NCBI GenBank assembly: GCA_977030845.1
Contig: OZ365112.1
Coordinates: 8,184,001 to 8,248,000, forward strand
Origin: Fimbriosthenelais zetlandica
Taxonomy: Eukaryota
Reading direction: 5' to 3'
DNA: 64,000 bases
Position numbers and translations under genes: made by a program. Positions 13,501 to 27,500 of this stretch are shown one piece after another. The notes under the pieces are model-generated. The model was not told the DNA's origin. It ran no database searches and saw only the letters and a program-made list of their open reading frames with translations. The stretch's first letter is position 1, and every line of letters starts with the position of its first letter.

Positions 13501-15269
13501 AATAGGATGAAGTAATGAATCTTGTTCCTTAAATGAATAAGCAGATTTCATGTGATACACTTTTTGACTGCTGTATTTTCATGGATACTTGGCAAGCAGG
13601 GGATACAGTGCACATAGCGAAAAACAGTGGAGAAGGAGGGCAAGATTTAGAGGTGCAAGTAAAGGCAAGTTGACAAATGGAGAGACGGAGATGGGCTGAG
13701 AGATAGCATGCTGTATCCAGGTTGAACTTTATCATGTTGATTTAATCTTTGACAACGCTCCGGTAAAAGGAGAACTGAAAAGAACTTCTTCTGTCCACAA
13801 AATCTGGGGGAGTTTATCTTGCTGGCAGACAGGCTTGTGTCGACGTAATGAGGGTCTCACTGACGCTCATGAGGGTTATTGTTTCCTCAAAAAAATGCTT
13901 TATGCTGGTCGAGACGCCAGCATACAGCCCCTGGCTCTAGACTGGAAGCAAGAGATAATCCCCACCTTTAAATCGCTGGCCACCAGCACAGGATAAGGTC
14001 CGCTTTCTGAGTTTCCATGACAAATTTGACTGAACAGCTGGTGAAGGACCAAAGGGAACCAAGAAGAAAGAGGGAGAAAATGGGGGGAAATAGCCCTTCG
14101 ATGGACATTGATGTCAAGGTGAAAGTCATCCATCGGATGGTTTCTTTCAGAATGGATATGAATGCTAAATTTCGCATTAGAGTTGGTAGGGTTTATTTCT
14201 GGAGCTTGTATGAGTTTGTCAGAATATGCATTGTGTTCAATAATTAGGGTAATTGAGCGTCCATATAGGAGGAGCATCGATCATTGCCAATAGCTGATTC
14301 GACACGCTATAGGCATGATACATAACAGGGATGTGTCACCAATGGCATATTGAATTCTGACACACTTTCGGAGAGTCTATTTGCTGACCTGGTTGACATT
14401 GTCAACGCTTTCCAAACTTGCTAATGCCAACATTTGTCTCCAGCATGAATCAACCCGTTTTGCAATCTCTCTTCCATGCTTCTCTTTTCCTTCAAGCCTT
14501 GAAAAAAGCCAGCAATTCAAACATTGCCCTTACACCATGCATGCATTATTCTGGGGGGTGTGGGATGAGATGGGGGGATCCCTCCACTCACCACCCACAT
14601 CCAGCTGTATCATCACAAAGTCTTTCCACACTGCCTGTCCATGAATAGATTAAGCTGGTAGGAGAATTTGGGTTTAGTGGGACTGGAGTTTGTCATCTTC
14701 TCTAGTCAAGTTCGTGCCATCGCTGACCTATATTCGCAGAAACAAACACACGCAAGGAAGGGGAAAGAGGACACTTGAGCTTAGAAAAGAGAAAGCTTGT
14801 CTATGATTTCTTTTTCTATTGGTTGAGTCACGAACCTTGGCACCACTTTGTCAACTATATATACCCAATAACGACCACATGTGCACCAACAAACTCACAA
14901 GGAACATCAAAAAGAGCTGATGTTTTATCTCTGAAAGGATGATCTGACTAAAGATCAGCCCACCTCGGTGGTGGCTTCATTTTTCTATTGCCCACATTAA
15001 ATTTAACGCGCCTCATTTTTAATCCCGACTCGGCCTCACAATTCAGAGCCGTGAGCAATCAATTTACTCTTAAGCATGGAAGCTGAAAGATGTGGAAGCT
15101 TTTTTTCACTCTGTGTGCTCGGCTCGTCTGAACGCGATCAGCGAACCTGAATACGGTTCAAAGGATTGCGTCAATGTGGGATTTGCCTTGTTGGAAAAAA
15201 GGCCTGCTGCTTCTGCTACTAGGACTACTACTACTACTCGAGCCTGTACCTTGACTTGTCTTTGAGGTG

Positions 15270-15600
15270 GCCATCTATAGAAGACAGTGTGGAATCGGTA
15301 AGGACTGCCTTCCGAAGCCACACAGCTGCAGATGGCCATCAGGATTGCTCAGATAAACTTTTCACATCCTTGCATCCGGGTTGTCTTTCATATATGGGAT
15401 AATGTTCACAGGATGTCACACGGAGGCCTGAAGAATGCACATGCCATGCACATAGTAAATGTTGACCTGCCCTCTTTGAGTAGCACATGTGACCTCCTGT
15501 ATAAAGCATGGAATGCTGTATGGAGGAACAAGATCAAAGGATTGTGCATGCTCATGTGTACAATACAGAGTTGCTTTTCAAACATTTGATTACTTAACAA
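15270..15600 (-). pseudogene. PPR (PLS-class)-like fragment, decayed
   Basis: 'QMFEK..MHNPLI..ALYRR..KEGRSTFTMCMACA' then 'MQGCEKFI*AILMAICSCVA.EG..RFH' resemble successive PPR motifs (VF..M..W..LI; TF...L.AC; G..H). Confidence 0.35.
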
Positions 15601-18539
15601 TGATTATAATACGATAAAGAACCTAAAACCAAGTTGAAATAATATCTATTGGTGCTTCTTTCTCTTCAAATGACTGCTTTTATCCATGTCTATACCTCGG
15701 ACATAGATGTACCTCTAAGCATATCGCACTAAAAGCTTTAATCTCATTACCTCCGGCTATTTGACCCATATTCCTTCTATATCCTTACACTTGCCACCTG
15801 CCAACACTGATGCCACCTTCAAAACCAAGCAAGCAGTGATCAGAAAGACCATTCAGTGCCATGGAAACTAGAAAACACAGCCATTTAATCGAATCTAAGA
15901 AATAATCCAATCTAAAACTTTTGCAATCAGATCCAAACATTTTTAAAATTATGGAGCGAAAAACTTTTATCGGTAATTCTTTCCAGTCACGGCATTATTG
16001 GATGCAATGATCCAAAATTGGAGACATTTTATCCAAACTTGATACAGGACAGTTTCTCTTAATATCTTGACAATTTCAGATGGAACAAACTTTTATCAAT
16101 CAACCTCCCTTTCAGCAGGCCATCGCTCCATTCATTGATTTAAAAAAAGGTGGAGGAATTATTGAAACTAAAGCGATGCCAAGTTCCTGTCTTTGGCCAT
16201 CTGTGATTGATCTCATGGGAAAATTGGTAAACAGAGACAGAAAGAGACGAGTTCAGTGTGAGATCATATATCCCTGTGATCCTCCCAAGACTGTGGCAGA
16301 ACCATCCAAGGTTACATGTACTTGATTTTCCTCTCAGTTGAAGATGTCCACAAAATAAAGGCCTAAAGCTTAGAGTCCCTTCTTTATGGAAATATCTCAT
16401 TTTCTTTTTTATCTGCGATAAAATGCCAATTGCAGAAGTTGCTTGCTGTTCGCTTTTGACAAGCAAATAGTGATATATGTTTGACCAAGCCCAGGCTGAC
16501 CTTTCGTCATAACCTCACTCTGCGGATCCTATGTTTTAGCATTGTTCACATTCTTTTCCAAAGTGCACAGAATGAGTAAATGGACCAGCCAAAGCAATAC
16601 TGCAATATACAACTGTTTTGTTGATATTTTGCAAATTGATGTCTGTATGAAAAAATTCTACAGCCCAATATAACAAAGCGCCTTTAGACTTCTAGAATGA
16701 AGACTAATATGTCACTGCATTTTATGTATCGAACCAATACAACGTTTGAGTGTTTTTTAGGTTCTCATGTCCAATGTGCGTATAGAGAATGATAACCTAT
16801 TCAGGGGATTGTAGTGATGGCAGATTTTAAGGCGAGGAATGCATGATCATCTACAGAGTAATAAGCCTCAATGGTATAAAGATGATGCAACACGAAGCAT
16901 ATTCAGTGCAGCTTTAGGAGCTGGGACTGCTTCTGATTAGATATAAGTAACATTGATGCTGTTGTGGCTCAGTCATTAAGCTATTGACTCAAGTCATGAT
17001 ATAACCCCATCTCACAAGAGAAGCCTCTCCAATCTGGAGATTATAATACCACACCCACACTATGTGCCATTGATACTATCATCGGTGCTTCCAGAGAACC
17101 TTTTATACTCTGATCTCACTTTCACATAATATCGCCAATGCTGTCCCAGTTCCTCACAAGGCAGAGTTGAAAACAATGCCAGTAAAAGAGATATTTATGT
17201 GTCGAATCAAGATTTGAAAATTGATAAATATGGCTGCTTGTAGTTTTAGGTCTGAATATCATTTCGTTACATTAGAAAGTCAAATATTATAGAAAGAAGC
17301 AACAACCTAGGATTTGAATGAAATCAAAAGCCTCATGCAACACCTCCTGCTTTTTCTTAGAAATGATACCTCAATTTACATCGGATATGCATCACTAGGA
17401 TAATCTTAAACAACATGCAAATGCCCCCTGAGTTCATCAATAATTATAATATAATTATGCATAATGCATATTCCATTGGTTCAAAGTACAACAAGGTGCC
17501 ATTCTTGGCATTTCCGTCTAGAAATGAGGTGGGAAATCCATATTACCATTTCTTCACACAAATGAACCTACAGGTATCTGGGTGTTATACTCTCCTCTGC
17601 TTGGCTTCACATGCCAGCATTAAGGTAGTACTTGGCTGTGTATATTCCAAGGAGGTAATTTCTCATTCATCCACATGAGTGAGCTGCGGGGATTATTCAC
17701 CAATTGTTCTGACTATGCAAACATGGTGGGAGGTGCAGTCGTGATAGAGCGATTAATCCCTGTATTATTGGGCGATATACACAGGGTGAATAATTCAGCT
17801 GAAACGCAATATTCCCATCAAGCCAGCACCAGCTTTGTCTAGAGGAACAAATGGCAATATCCCACCTAAATACCGTACTTAATCTCCTCTCCTCACTCCT
17901 ACAAGTGACTTCTCAGCATATAAGGCATTCTACCCACCCCCTATATACTGTGACATCTTCACTCGCTCCAGTTCATATTATGTAACCCATAATGCCATTT
18001 GAAACTAAAATCCGAGATCAGAAACATGCCAAATTCACACAGGAGCATATGAATTGACAGAAGATTTTCTCATTACCATGTAAAATATCTATATCTTTGT
18101 TCTCTTTCTGAAAAGAAATAAAAAAGATGACAGGGACATACTGTAGCATTTCTCAGGAACCTCGTAAACAATCAATGATTCGATTATAGAAGGGTTTCCA
18201 GGAAATTGCTCTTTATAATTTGCCCATCCCTTGTTCTCTGTTGCTCTCTTCTGGTGAAATAGCTCAATAATGAGGCCACACTTTGGTTCCCATGCAAAAC
18301 CAACAAATGTTTCTTACAAAGTTATCAGCGTGAAACATCAGTCCCTAGAAAGACCACCTCGAGTCTTGCTTGTGCTGGGTTGGGCTAGTGATGGCAGGGT
18401 GGGGGCTGGAAGGGAAGGGAAGGGAGGGGGAAAGGGAGGAAGGAAGGGAGTCATATTTACCCGACCGACTATTACTTGAGTGCTGATGTAGGATCAAAGA
18501 GATGAGGAGAAAAAGACGGACGGTTCTTCTTGATGACCT

Positions 18540-19000
18540 ACATATGCGATGATGGAACCGGAGGGAGATAGAGAGATGGGACGCTTCCCACTCACTACAA
18601 GTGATGGGGAATCTTTTAATTAACGTGGGAAAATATGGTAATCTCAGTATAGATTCCCCTGTAATTATAGCCCCATGTGGAGTAGGGGTTTCACACGTCT
18701 CTTCTTGCCCACCCAAGCAGGGTTCTATGCATTCAGCTTCTGATCCATTGTTATGGATTTATTCAATACATAAAGTCGCATTCTTCCCTGTAGCAATGCT
18801 TTTATGTGCACGTCTGTGCATATTATGGCTATCTAAACATGTTGCTGAGACGTAAAGGGAGGTCTTTCTTTCCTGAAGTGTTCTTCATTTCAGTACTACC
18901 CAAGACTGCTAAGCGTTCTCGATACAGCAGTTGGCATTTCAGAGTAGTAACATGGAATGGGTATTTTCTTCAGGCTGTCCATAAATCGCTGCTTTCATCT
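18540..19000 (+). mobile_element. Ty3/gypsy integrase remnant
   Basis: 'LSIDSPV' (S.DF), 'HKVAFFPV' (K.A.F.P), and in a shifted frame 'YYGYLNMLLRRKGRSFFPEVF' (HG.P...SD.G..F...F). Confidence 0.45.
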
Positions 19001-20439
19001 TAATGAAAGGAACCTTAAGAGGACATTGTCTCCTTTGTTTTCAAATCTTTAAAGGTGTCTAATGGCCTTGGAGGGAATATTTATTTTGTCCTAATGCGAT
19101 GTGGAAACGAGGAAATAAGTCACGTTTGCCAATTATTGCAATGGATGAACTGCGGCATCATGTTCCCTCCAGGAGGAATTGCTCTGTCTCCGAAAGGGAC
19201 TGGAAAACACCTGCCCGGTGACAGTTAATTCAAAATCTCTCTTAATTATGTTAGCTGATCGCCCGTGACCTTTCCTATGGCTTCAGTGGACTGTTAGCAT
19301 CTAGTAGTAACTCCCAATGAAACGGGAATGTATAGTCTCCAATGATGGAGGTCTAATTATATGGGGTTTGACTGGAGACATCAGTCGCCTAATCATGTCT
19401 ATAGCGTTCATTACCTAGGACAATTATCAAGAGGATTTGGATGCTTAGAAAAGAGAAATCAATCAAAGTTATTATTCTTTCATGGCCTTGGCATACTAGG
19501 GTAATGTTGTTATTGTACTGCTAATGACACATTAAAAGCTGAATCACTAATCTAATGAGGTCCTGTCCTAGAATTTATTGATATTCTGAGAAAAGTGAAG
19601 GTCAGGGCATTTCCATACAGAGTCCCATTGGGATGTAGGCGACAGGGAGCTATTTTTGTATAACCTTATTATGAAATACCAACCATTATCCGTTCATAAT
19701 ATTCCCCGTGCCACTAACAAGTGCAGTTGCATCTTTATGTTATTGAGCTCCTCTCATAAAACATCTACATCGTCTTTTGTATCAAAGAACAGAGTTTTCA
19801 ATGGGTCGCGTGTAACTCTCCTAATGCACTGAAAATGTCAGCTATCACACCCTGAGAAAATTACTGCATGTTCCTTTCTTTACACAAAGAATTATACCAG
19901 AGGAGGGACATAGGGCTCAATACTTGGACCAGTTCTGCCCCGACAGCGGAACGCTCTCACATGCACACACCTAGCCAGGTCCATCTTTTGTGTTTAAGCA
20001 TAGTCTTATAGATTTTCCTGCCTAGCAGCTTGTATCTTTGCCCATTAACCTTTAACCTGGGTTTCTCTACATATAATCTGCATACATTTACATTGACCAC
20101 AAAAACTCTATTTTAAGCTGTAGTCAATGGGAGTTCGTCCGTCTTAGTATTAAGATTGATGGGGTAAGTATATATCCCATGTCCACTAGCTGTTTTCTTA
20201 CCATACCTCAGTTGAGGCTGCTGAGCAATTGACAATTGTCTTATACATCACCAAAAATACTCATTTGACATATGGTGGCTCAGACATATAATAAGTAAGA
20301 TATTGAAAATCGATGTCCTCTTTTTGTGGACTGACCCTAAGATCAACATGCCATACACTGGATGCTGTGTCGCAATTGCCGAATTTATAAGTGTAACTGC
20401 ACTAGCAGGGGCTTGTGAGGGGTGCTTATATTGGGCTTT

Positions 20440-20600
20440 ATTTGCGAGTGGTTTGGCAGATATGGCAGTTGAGGTCATGGAAAAGTCCAAACTCCAAGAT
20501 GGCAAGAGTAGCAAAGCAAAAGAGTCCCAGCACTGGAGCTGCCCTCAAGAAACTATCAACTCATAAAAAATTTAGCCATTCTCTTCAAATATTTCAGTGC
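20440..20600 (+). mobile_element. Possible hAT transposase C-terminal dimerisation-domain remnant
   Basis: 'IWQLRSWKSPNSKMARVAKQKSPST....KFS' resembles W......P.L.KMAR..L..P.S....E..FS. Confidence 0.3.
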
Positions 20601-23600
20601 TATCTTGACTTGTATCACACTAGAATCTATGAAAGTGATTTTATCTCAGCGAAATAAGAACCTTAAATATCATATAAAGTAAATGAGGTGAGTCAAGCAC
20701 ATTCATTCCAGCATCCAACTACCTCTGTTGATATGGACTATGGTAGACTGGCGGCAGACTGGCGTGATGGCGATGCTGTGACGTTTAGCTGAGATGGCCA
20801 CTCATGTCGCAGGCCATCTGCTAATCCACACTCCCATCAAAGAACATGAGGCCCGCTGCTCAAAGACCCGCACAAACGGGGGCCAATATGGGAATTGGTA
20901 ATTATCTGAAGATTACTGAAAGTCCACAGTGACAACACAATGATGGCATTTTTATTGCCGGACACCTCCCTTGATGCCTACCACCTATCTCCTTTTCCCC
21001 TCTTCTCTGCACACATTGTTGGTTCTAGAGAAATGAACGTATATCAAGTAGATGGGCTTTTCAGGCGCCTTGGCTTCATTGTTGGACCATTATCCGTTTC
21101 CTGTTGAAACAGCAGCTACTGCTAGTATTTCTAATGTTATTCTCCCAAAATATCACATTTGAATGTAAGCAGTTATAAAGGTATATAACTCAGCAATGAG
21201 AGGTGATACATGGAATAAGCATTATTCACCACTTTATAATGTCTAGACATGTTGTTGGACTGGTTAGATTTATAATCAGTCTAGACTTAATCATAGGACT
21301 ATGACGTTATCATATAAGGCGTGAGAAATGACTGCAGGTTTACAAATAAAGCCGACAAGATATGGATGAATCAGAAACAAAAGTGAAACAAAATTTAAAA
21401 ATCCAATCTGAGTGAAATGGAAAATGAGGGACAGAGAGGTACATGAGAAAGAAAGGAAGAGCAGGAGGAAAGGTAGGAAAAAAGAGGTAAGGTTTGCTGA
21501 TGTAGTCCTGATGGCAAAGAGCAATTGAAGCAGCAATCAAATTCCACCTCGTGCATCAGCCAATGAAGCATTTGCATTGTTTTCTCAGGAGAGGCAATGC
21601 AAGAGACAAGTACGGGTGATAAAAGGTGAAAGAAGATGCTGCCATCAGACGGTGAAACTTTGATCGCTGTACGCACTGATCGCCACCCTGATTAGCCCGC
21701 CTTTCATGTTCTAATCATTAGTTTGCCGCCACATGTTTTGGGCCTCTTGATAAGAGGCGGCTGGGATTTGCACGAGTCTGCCCCGTAACTGTGACCATGG
21801 TGAACTTGAAATAATCCCCGAGCTTTTATGTCAAAGATGTTCATTGAAAAAAGCCTCCTGGGGTAAGCGTTCACATTTCAAAATTTAAAGTACCGTGCAT
21901 AGGATGCAGTGCAGGAAGCAAGGGGCAACTTTAACAAGTTTATTATGTACCCGACAACCAGCCTGTCAATCCAATCACTGATATATAGTCATTCCTCAAA
22001 CCCTGAACGGGTCTAGTGTAAAGGCTGTTGAAAATATTCACGCATATATAGAGTCATTTTAAAAGAAACCTCTGACAAACGATTTCTTTTTACAAACCAC
22101 TTTCCCTCATTAAAGGCTTTCACTCACTTAAGGCCAGGCTCCTTTAAACCCGGTTATCACAAATGGCACCCACTCAGAGGCAATTTCCTCATTCTAATGT
22201 ACCTATATACGCTACAAGAGGCGGCATTCGCCTCCTGCAAAAAGCACCACTCGACCTACACTCAAGAGAGAAAAAGAGGTCCATGGATATGAATATATGG
22301 ATTTGTATGTGGGTGTTATAACCTGGGGACAGCTCCAGTATTTTATTCTCACTCGTTGTGGTCATTGTGAATATGGTACCGAGTAAATGCCCCAGGGTAC
22401 TACTCAATTTTGGCCATATACAAATCATTCCTACACTACACTCACCCCTATCTCATTCTCATAGAGGGTACCCTAATGAATAGCACTGCACTCGCATGAC
22501 CCAGAAACTGTAAGGAAAGTGTCATGCATAAGAAATACAATAGGTTCATAAAGAACCCCATGATACAGGTATAATTTCAGTAAATCAGCCATAGCATAAC
22601 CATCCACTTCAATTACAGTTCTTAATTCAATATCTCATATCGCGGTTAATATTTACCGGCCAGGACTCTCTGAATCTCTCTCATATTAACCATCCCCGCC
22701 ACCAGGCACCGTGTTGGAAATCAAAGAGAATACAAATGGATATTTACTCTTTTTGATGGAAGAGTGTGAGGCCTTCAATGGCTTAGCGAAAAAAAACAAA
22801 ATTTGCTTCATTTTTTTCTAGTGGAAGCATGCTGAAACATCCCCATTGCAGAGTCCCACCATTAATGAATGCCGCTTCCTCCATTTTCCATCTCAGGGTC
22901 TTTGGCTGATGTCTGAGCCCTGCCATGAATTCTGCCATTTTTTCCAAGGCGTCCGTGAAATTCCTCAATCCAGCCTGACAGTTGGTATAAGCCCTTCTGG
23001 ACAGCTCCCTGCACTTGTCCTGCCAGGCCTGATACGCTTTCCACAGTGCTGGGCTTAGATTCTTCACTGGCCAAAGGAAAGGTGGTCATAAAGCTGGAGG
23101 TTAACGGGCAATAAGAAGCTGGTAAACCTCATCTACCTTGTAATTCGGCCCCCAGCCCAGCCAAGCCTCAAAGGAAGAAGTACCCCCTGTCACAAACCTT
23201 CATCACCGTCAGTCCATGAATCATGTACATGCATCTTATGTCATTGGGCATTCAGAGGGAGCGGTAAATCGTTAGCAATAGAACTGACGGTGATAGGGAA
23301 GATGGGCCGCATGCACATGCTCACAAAGTGGATCTGATGTGACCCTGCTCCGTCCTAAAAGTCTCTCCACAATTACAGCAGACGTCACATCAACATAATT
23401 TGACTCTCTTTTGAAGAAAGTTCGTTTCTAATAATCATGAAAAGTACTTTATGAGATTCTATTCATCCCATTTTATCACAAAAGCATGGGACTGCCTTCT
23501 GAAGGGAGCTGTTATGCTTTTTCCAACCTCTTGATGAGATCTCATTGCTGAATTATTTAAAGGAGTCTGAGCTTTCGAAGAGAGATTCTGAGAAAACGAC

Positions 23601-24232
23601 TATAATTGAATCATGTGACATCTAATAGTTATCACCCTGGCCCGAGAAAACCTAAAGGTTGAGACGGTAAAACAGCATTTATCTGAAATAAAATCTTTTA
23701 ATGCTATTGGATGTTAACGCTTCAGCATTGGGAGGCTTTGACAATGTTCGCGGGGAAGGCGTCCCCATGTAGTCTGAGGGACTACCAGAGACAGTGAGGA
23801 CGCGAGTTTGTATGGTTTGGGAGTGGTTCTGTTGTCATGCTACTGTCTGTTCTATATGGGGGGATGACTGTTTTATATGAAAGGTACTGAGGGGGTGTGC
23901 GTGACCCAAAATAGCGAGGTGCCTTTGGAGATAGAGTACTGCTGAGTGGCGGGGAATATTTGTGTTTAATTTCGGTCATACCCTGAACACCCGGTCTCCT
24001 TATTTACACAGGTTTCACTTATTGATGTGGTCGCTTTCCTTGGAGGAGCTTGGAGGAAACAAGTGAATGGTCATTCCCCTCAAAGTCTCTCCTCGTGTGT
24101 TTGTTTTCCGAGGAGGGAGGACAGAATGGTGTGGCTTTATTGGGTGTGGAACCCGCTGGCCATCTGGCTTTTAGGTGAACCGAGCTAGATCTTTATTGAA
24201 GGGCAGGCATGTACGATTTGGCTGAAGGTTTG

Positions 24233-24762
24233 GCAGCAATTGATATACTTGCAGTTAGTCTTGTAGACAAGCCCCACTTGCAAGAATTACTGCAAGAATC
24301 GCAAGGCAATGATCCCTGGCAGGTACCCAATAAGTGTACTAGATCGTTAGAGATATCCACTATAAATACATGATTTGCAATTCTTGCAAAGTTTAACACC
24401 CTTATTCTCCAATATCTCCCCACAGAGGAAGGGGCTGGGGTTACAGATGCCAGTAACCTACATGGACTGGGTGCATTGTCTAGGGAGATGTCAATTGCTG
24501 ACTGTTGTCTTCTGATTCTGGCAACATATCATTTACTAGCAACAATTGATGCACTTGCAATTGATGGCCTTGTAGACAAGCGTAACATGCAAGAATCACT
24601 GCAAGAATCACAAGGCAATGACAATCGGTAGTCACCGAATTAAAGATGCAGACACCGCAGGCCTTGATGCAGTCACCGCAAAACAGCGACTCGGGTACAA
24701 ATGCATCAACCAGATCATTTGCGATATCCACGAGATATTCAGGACTTGAAATTCTTGCACAG
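24233..24762. repeat. Two-copy direct repeat at 306-bp spacing; copy 2 carries ~65 extra bp
   Basis: 24233-24391 versus 24539-24762 share gcaRcaattgat..cttgtagacaag..tgcaagaatYactgcaagaatcRcaaggcaatga..agatc..gatatccac..aattcttgca; the offset rises from 306 to 371 across the insertion. Confidence 0.9.
24649..24711. repeat. 63-bp segment, copy A of a perfect inverted duplication
   Basis: Exact reverse complement (63/63) of 27501-27563. Confidence 0.97.
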
Positions 24763-25849
24763 ATTCACACTAGTACTCAGTGCGGTGTTACTTTTGGTAG
24801 GTGGTATATGTCACGGCATTGATATTGAATATTGTCCACAATTTTCCAAATGGTCACCCCTCGAATATATTCCTGTACACAGGAATGAACTGTGCGATCT
24901 TCAGCTAAGTTTGTCATCAAATGTTGGCCTGATTTATCTGGCTAAAGGTTAGTCCATTCCAAAACAGCTGGAGAAAATGCTCAATGATAAATGATGCAAA
25001 ATATGAAAGCCAGAGAATATTTGGTTATACCACTTACACTGGCAAATAAAGCAATTGAACTATGCGATCGCGTGATGTGTGATCTTGGTTTTTATTTTGT
25101 TTGGCCTAATCATCATCTAATTTGCAGTATCATTTCAAAGCTTACAGGACATCGACATCCCCGGATGTTGGATAACAAAAAAGAGGCAGAGGGTTATTAG
25201 GTTATTCTTTAATGCTATCAAATTTGAAATCCCCCTGGTGCAGATCTTAGTCTGTCATGAAAAGCCCCTACCCCGGCAATTACCAAAGTGCACCAGTGAA
25301 GATTTAATCACAGCTTTCTATATTAAGATTATATCGGCATGCTGAGAAATCACATGCTGCAGGCATGGGAGGCCTCAATACATGTATACTTGATAACCCC
25401 TCATATAAGCTGCCTCACCCACAGCCCTAGTCAATATATAAGTACCGTTATGGATTAAAATTCACTGACTCACAAGTGTTGGGGTTCACTATTTAGGCCT
25501 TGAAGGTCATGCTTTAAATGTCCCAGAAATAGCTTCTGCACTTGAAATCTATAGGAACGTTCACGGGAGCCAATATTTTAATAAGCACAGACAGTAACAC
25601 TTTTTCATCACTTTCTATTATTAATGAACGTCAAATTGCATTTGGCCTTATATATAATATACCAAGTAGAGGAATAGCTCTCCGAGCAGCTCTCCAGCAC
25701 ATCTACCTTGTAGACTGTTACACAATCTTATAGAAGCTGTCTACTTGATCGTGCCAATCTACCAGTTCAGGTATTTCCTCTTAATGGTAATGTACATGGT
25801 AAGATGATAATTATCTTGCAGCTTATCCTCATAGAGACACACGGCTTGC

Positions 25850-26870
25850 CCAGAGAACTATGTTTTAACACAGCAAGATGTTTACCATATACTTTTGGTA
25901 TGATATAGGACCCTTCTATAATTTTAGTGTGTAATGAAAAGTCTTGCAATAGATAGGCGGATTTTCCATATTTAAAATGCCTTCGCTTATCACTCCTGAA
26001 GGGGTCTTTCAATCCAGATCAGGGGGTAATAATGACATACAAGTTCTAAAGTCACTCAGAGGGGAACACCGTCGACCTAAGCCAACCCTTGAAACCTCGG
26101 AAGGTTAAATTGTTACCCAAGGAATGTTTTCTGTTCTTTATAAGCAGAACCTTGCTGTGATCGATCCCCAGCGGCCTCCTGTCTTCTTCAATCGATTCAT
26201 AATTGTTCATTCCATAAAGGGCTCAGTGATTTTTTCTTGGTAATATCCGCATATCGGACGACTGACCCAGTACAGGGTTATTTTAGTTGGTTTAATAGGA
26301 ATGTAATGATCCCTCAAGGTGGCACTGCCTCGGGCAATCTGCTTTCATGACAAAACTTTTTGATTTTGGAACACCAGTCTGAATACGTCAATGCGAAGAG
26401 AAAGAATGAACCGATACAGGTTGATTTCTCCAAGCCATCTTGAAGAGTTACTCTCATGGCTGTTAAATGACTTATCCTGATGTTCAAATTTATTCTCAAA
26501 TTAAATGAGACATACTATACTGAATGAGCCTTCGGGATAGTGCAATGTTCGGAATGAAATCAAGTGCCGCTTAGATACAGGCCTACTGATTTCACTGATC
26601 AACATACATACATCATCAGTGAGAACATTAAGTGAAACATTGCTGGCAATTGTAGTATTGTACAGCCTCTTGAGTAATCACATTATAGCACTATAGTCCC
26701 CACTGTAGAGCACCCAGCAAGCATCACACCAAAGGCTTCCCGATCATATTGGATATAAAAGACATCTCCTTCAAATATCTCCAATTGGAGTACATCCTGC
26801 AGTGCATTATCAATACATTTGAACTTGATATACTCGTATTTCAGGAACAAAGCAGGTTTTAACTCCAATC
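25850..26870 (-). mobile_element. Ty3/gypsy integrase remnant (Zn-finger, core and GPY/F-type C-terminus in the correct order)
   Basis: 'KC....DVL.LEIFEG...VMLAGC' and 'QEAVQYYNCQQC' (HHCC region); 'FLFALTYSDW..RLPEAV' (core); 'YYQE...E*TIMNRLKK..RW' and 'SAYKEQKTFLG'; 'RHFKYG..YLL.D...EGSYIIPKVYGK' (GPY). Confidence 0.6.
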
Positions 26871-27500
26871 AATCCTCCTCGCATGTGATGATGCTCGGCA
26901 TTAAGATTAAAAAGTATTTTGCAGACACTCGCGTGGCTACTTTTATTTCACGTCTAACGCACTTTTATGAGTAACAAAAACATGCAACAAGTTAAAAAAG
27001 GACGAGGAGAAAAAAGACGTGAAAAAGAAGCAGGAAAACATACCTCCTCTTTTTACCTTTAAGCTTATAAAATGCCTTGATATATATTCCTCACTTTTTT
27101 AAGGGACACATATATGAAATACAACAGACAATTATAAGAATAAAGAAAAATCTGCGTATTTCTTTGTCTGCTTTCAAATCTGATGTCTCTAACATTCTCA
27201 GAAGGCAATTGCATCCTGTCAATTGGATCTTCTCCATGAAACAACCCAGACAGAGAAAACTTGTTCTTCCTCAATCTTTAGATTAATTCATTAATGTTCA
27301 AATGTAACACCCTTAAACCTCTCAAAATCTTTGGAGTTTTGAAGCGTAGACATTAGACATTAAGGGGTGGAGAAGATAGGAGTACCATGTCGCTACACAT
27401 GGAATGGCTGGAGGAGTGGGGAGGAGGAGGAGGAGCTAGTGGTGGTGTCGATGGCGGACATCAAAACCTGGTGGTGATCACACTCTCCGGATAACAATTA

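Larger units (their letters stand above)
24193..24780 (-). pseudogene. PPR (PLS-class)-like relic underlying the 306-bp repeat
   Basis: Minus strand 'VILAVILACYACLQGHQLQVHQLLL' (F..VL.AC..L.QG.Q.H) with a paralogous 'ILAVILASGACLQD*LQVYQLL' 306 nt away; 306 nt = 102 aa, the length of a P+L+S triplet. Confidence 0.35.

Noticed and set aside
14400-14640. Copia integrase-like QLDVGGEW...HTPQNN on the minus strand
   Set aside because: Motif spacing is far too short and no supporting motifs were found.
15174-15254. Short ORF MWDLPCWKKGLLLLLLGLLLLLEPVP resembling a signal peptide
   Set aside because: The leucine run comes from a (CTA/CTG)n repeat and the frame stops after 26 aa.
22783-23067. 94-aa minus-strand ORF with helical, charged composition (possible LINE EN-RT linker)
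   Set aside because: No diagnostic motif; it cannot be assigned.
24646-24712. CGDCIKACGVC as a ferredoxin or radical-SAM (CxxxCxxC) Fe-S motif
   Set aside because: The cysteine spacing arises from a 21-nt internal repeat, and the surrounding ORF is only 83 aa with no fold context.
27303-27312. TGTAACACCC, a typical gypsy LTR start
   Set aside because: No preceding PPT, no second copy, and the orientation does not fit the adjacent minus-strand integrase.
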